IMG/VR virus record: IMGVR_UViG_3300021326_000192
Source: a virus
Strand: one strand, 5' to 3'
Length of the DNA: 30,561 nucleotides
In this document: positions 29,623-30,561 of the stretch, one piece after another
Layout: each line of letters begins with the position of its first letter
How positions within the stretch are numbered: position 1 is the first letter of the stretch
The notes under the pieces: generated by a model
The model's input: only the letters and a program-made list of their open reading frames with translations
Told to the model about the DNA's origin: nothing
Databases searched by the model: none
Translations under genes and position numbers: made by a program

Positions 29623-30561
29623 ATGATAACAAAAGGAAATGATACTAAAGTGCAAAATGAGGTAATAGCTCAAACTATTACTGATGAGTCAGCCAAAAGA
29701 TTAAGGCTAGCTAGACTCTTTCCAAAACAAGAAATCAAGGAGAACTCTGATTATTATACTTACTTTAGACAAAACATCAATCTTGATGAAGCAATAAAAC
29801 GTGGCCTTCTAGGTGAAGCAAAAGACCTTGCACCTGGTGCATCCTTACAAGAGTTAAACATAAGAAAACCTGTAACAGACACTATCAGTATTGACACTGT
29901 TGGTGGTGTCTTGAATGTCAATAAGGATGTCTTCGACAGTGACAGAATATCCTTTGAGGATTTATTGGCGGATGTGGCAACACTTATTGCCAATAAAATT
30001 GAGTCTAACATTTACAATACTCTTGTAAGCTCACCTAAGGTTCCAACATACAATACCACACAAACCGAGGATACCATGGAAGCATTCGGACAGTTTGTCA
30101 TCAAGGCACAGGAAGCATTTAAAGGCAGTTCCGGAGCAGGTGCTGATTTAACAGTAATGGTCGAGTCATACAGGACATTAAGCTATATTAAGCAATTGGC
30201 ATATATGAGTAATAAGTTAGTTCAGCCGATTGAGGAAATACAAAGCTATTACGGTGTGGATAATATTGACTTTTTGGGAACAACCCATGCAGACGGAGGG
30301 GCAATGCTTGGAGAAAAGGACTACATCGCATTTGACTTAAGGAATGCACCGTTGACAGTACTCTATTCCAAATCCTCTGGAACAACTGTAGCACCGATTA
30401 CTTCAGATGAAAACATTGCTGATTTCTATCCTATAATTGAAATCATGCGTAAAGACATATATGATGAGCTGCCGCAGTATACAAAACTCTTCATACAGTC
30501 TAAGGTTGGAATATTGTTGAACAAACCGCATCTTGCCCTTACAGGTACATGCAGGCCATAG
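29623..30561 (+). CDS. Major capsid protein, HK97-like fold
   Basis: 312 aa; LAPGASLQEL (E-loop-like), VGGVLNVNKD, long helix LLADVATLIANKIESNIYNTL; no N-terminal delta domain, consistent with a separate scaffold. Confidence 0.75.
   Translation: MITKGNDTKVQNEVIAQTITDESAKRLRLARLFPKQEIKENSDYYTYFRQNINLDEAIKRGLLGEAKDLAPGASLQELNIRKPVTDTISIDTVGGVLNVNKDVFDSDRISFEDLLADVATLIANKIESNIYNTLVSSPKVPTYNTTQTEDTMEAFGQFVIKAQEAFKGSSGAGADLTVMVESYRTLSYIKQLAYMSNKLVQPIEEIQSYYGVDNIDFLGTTHADGGAMLGEKDYIAFDLRNAPLTVLYSKSSGTTVAPITSDENIADFYPIIEIMRKDIYDELPQYTKLFIQSKVGILLNKPHLALTGTCRP

Overview
The window looks like an integrated archaeal head-tail virus or virus-like element, most likely from a Methanobacteriales (Methanobrevibacter-like) host. 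That host call is inferred from the AT-rich DNA, TTTATATA boxes, GGTGA/GGAGG ribosome-binding sites and the integrase and wHTH families. Gene order: tyrosine integrase, convergent wHTH gene, small early genes, replication module (SSAP-like, SSB-like, AAA+ helicase-like) with an iteron-rich putative origin, portal, antisense DUF3800-like gene, Mu gpI-like protease/scaffold, a hairpin array, then an ~8.5-kb fibre/adhesin block (two capsid-decoration paralogs, collagen-like fibres, a glycosyltransferase, two alternative tip proteins). Next is an AT-rich ~8.7-kb island with a second wHTH gene, a second tyrosine recombinase and a Type I R-M locus (hsdR, hsdM, multiple hsdS cassettes). The window ends with the decoration gene and an HK97-like major capsid gene. 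No terminase, tail, lysin, tRNA, att site or CRISPR array is recognisable. The two strongest leads are: (1) an invertible hsdS shufflon with in-frame inverted repeats beside a recombinase, i.e. a probable phase-variable Type I R-M system in an archaeal element; (2) a fibre system in which one repeated module is split at the same point across consecutive genes, suggesting capsid-anchored fibres assembled by intermolecular strand complementation. All family names come from motif recognition by eye; no database search or computation was run.
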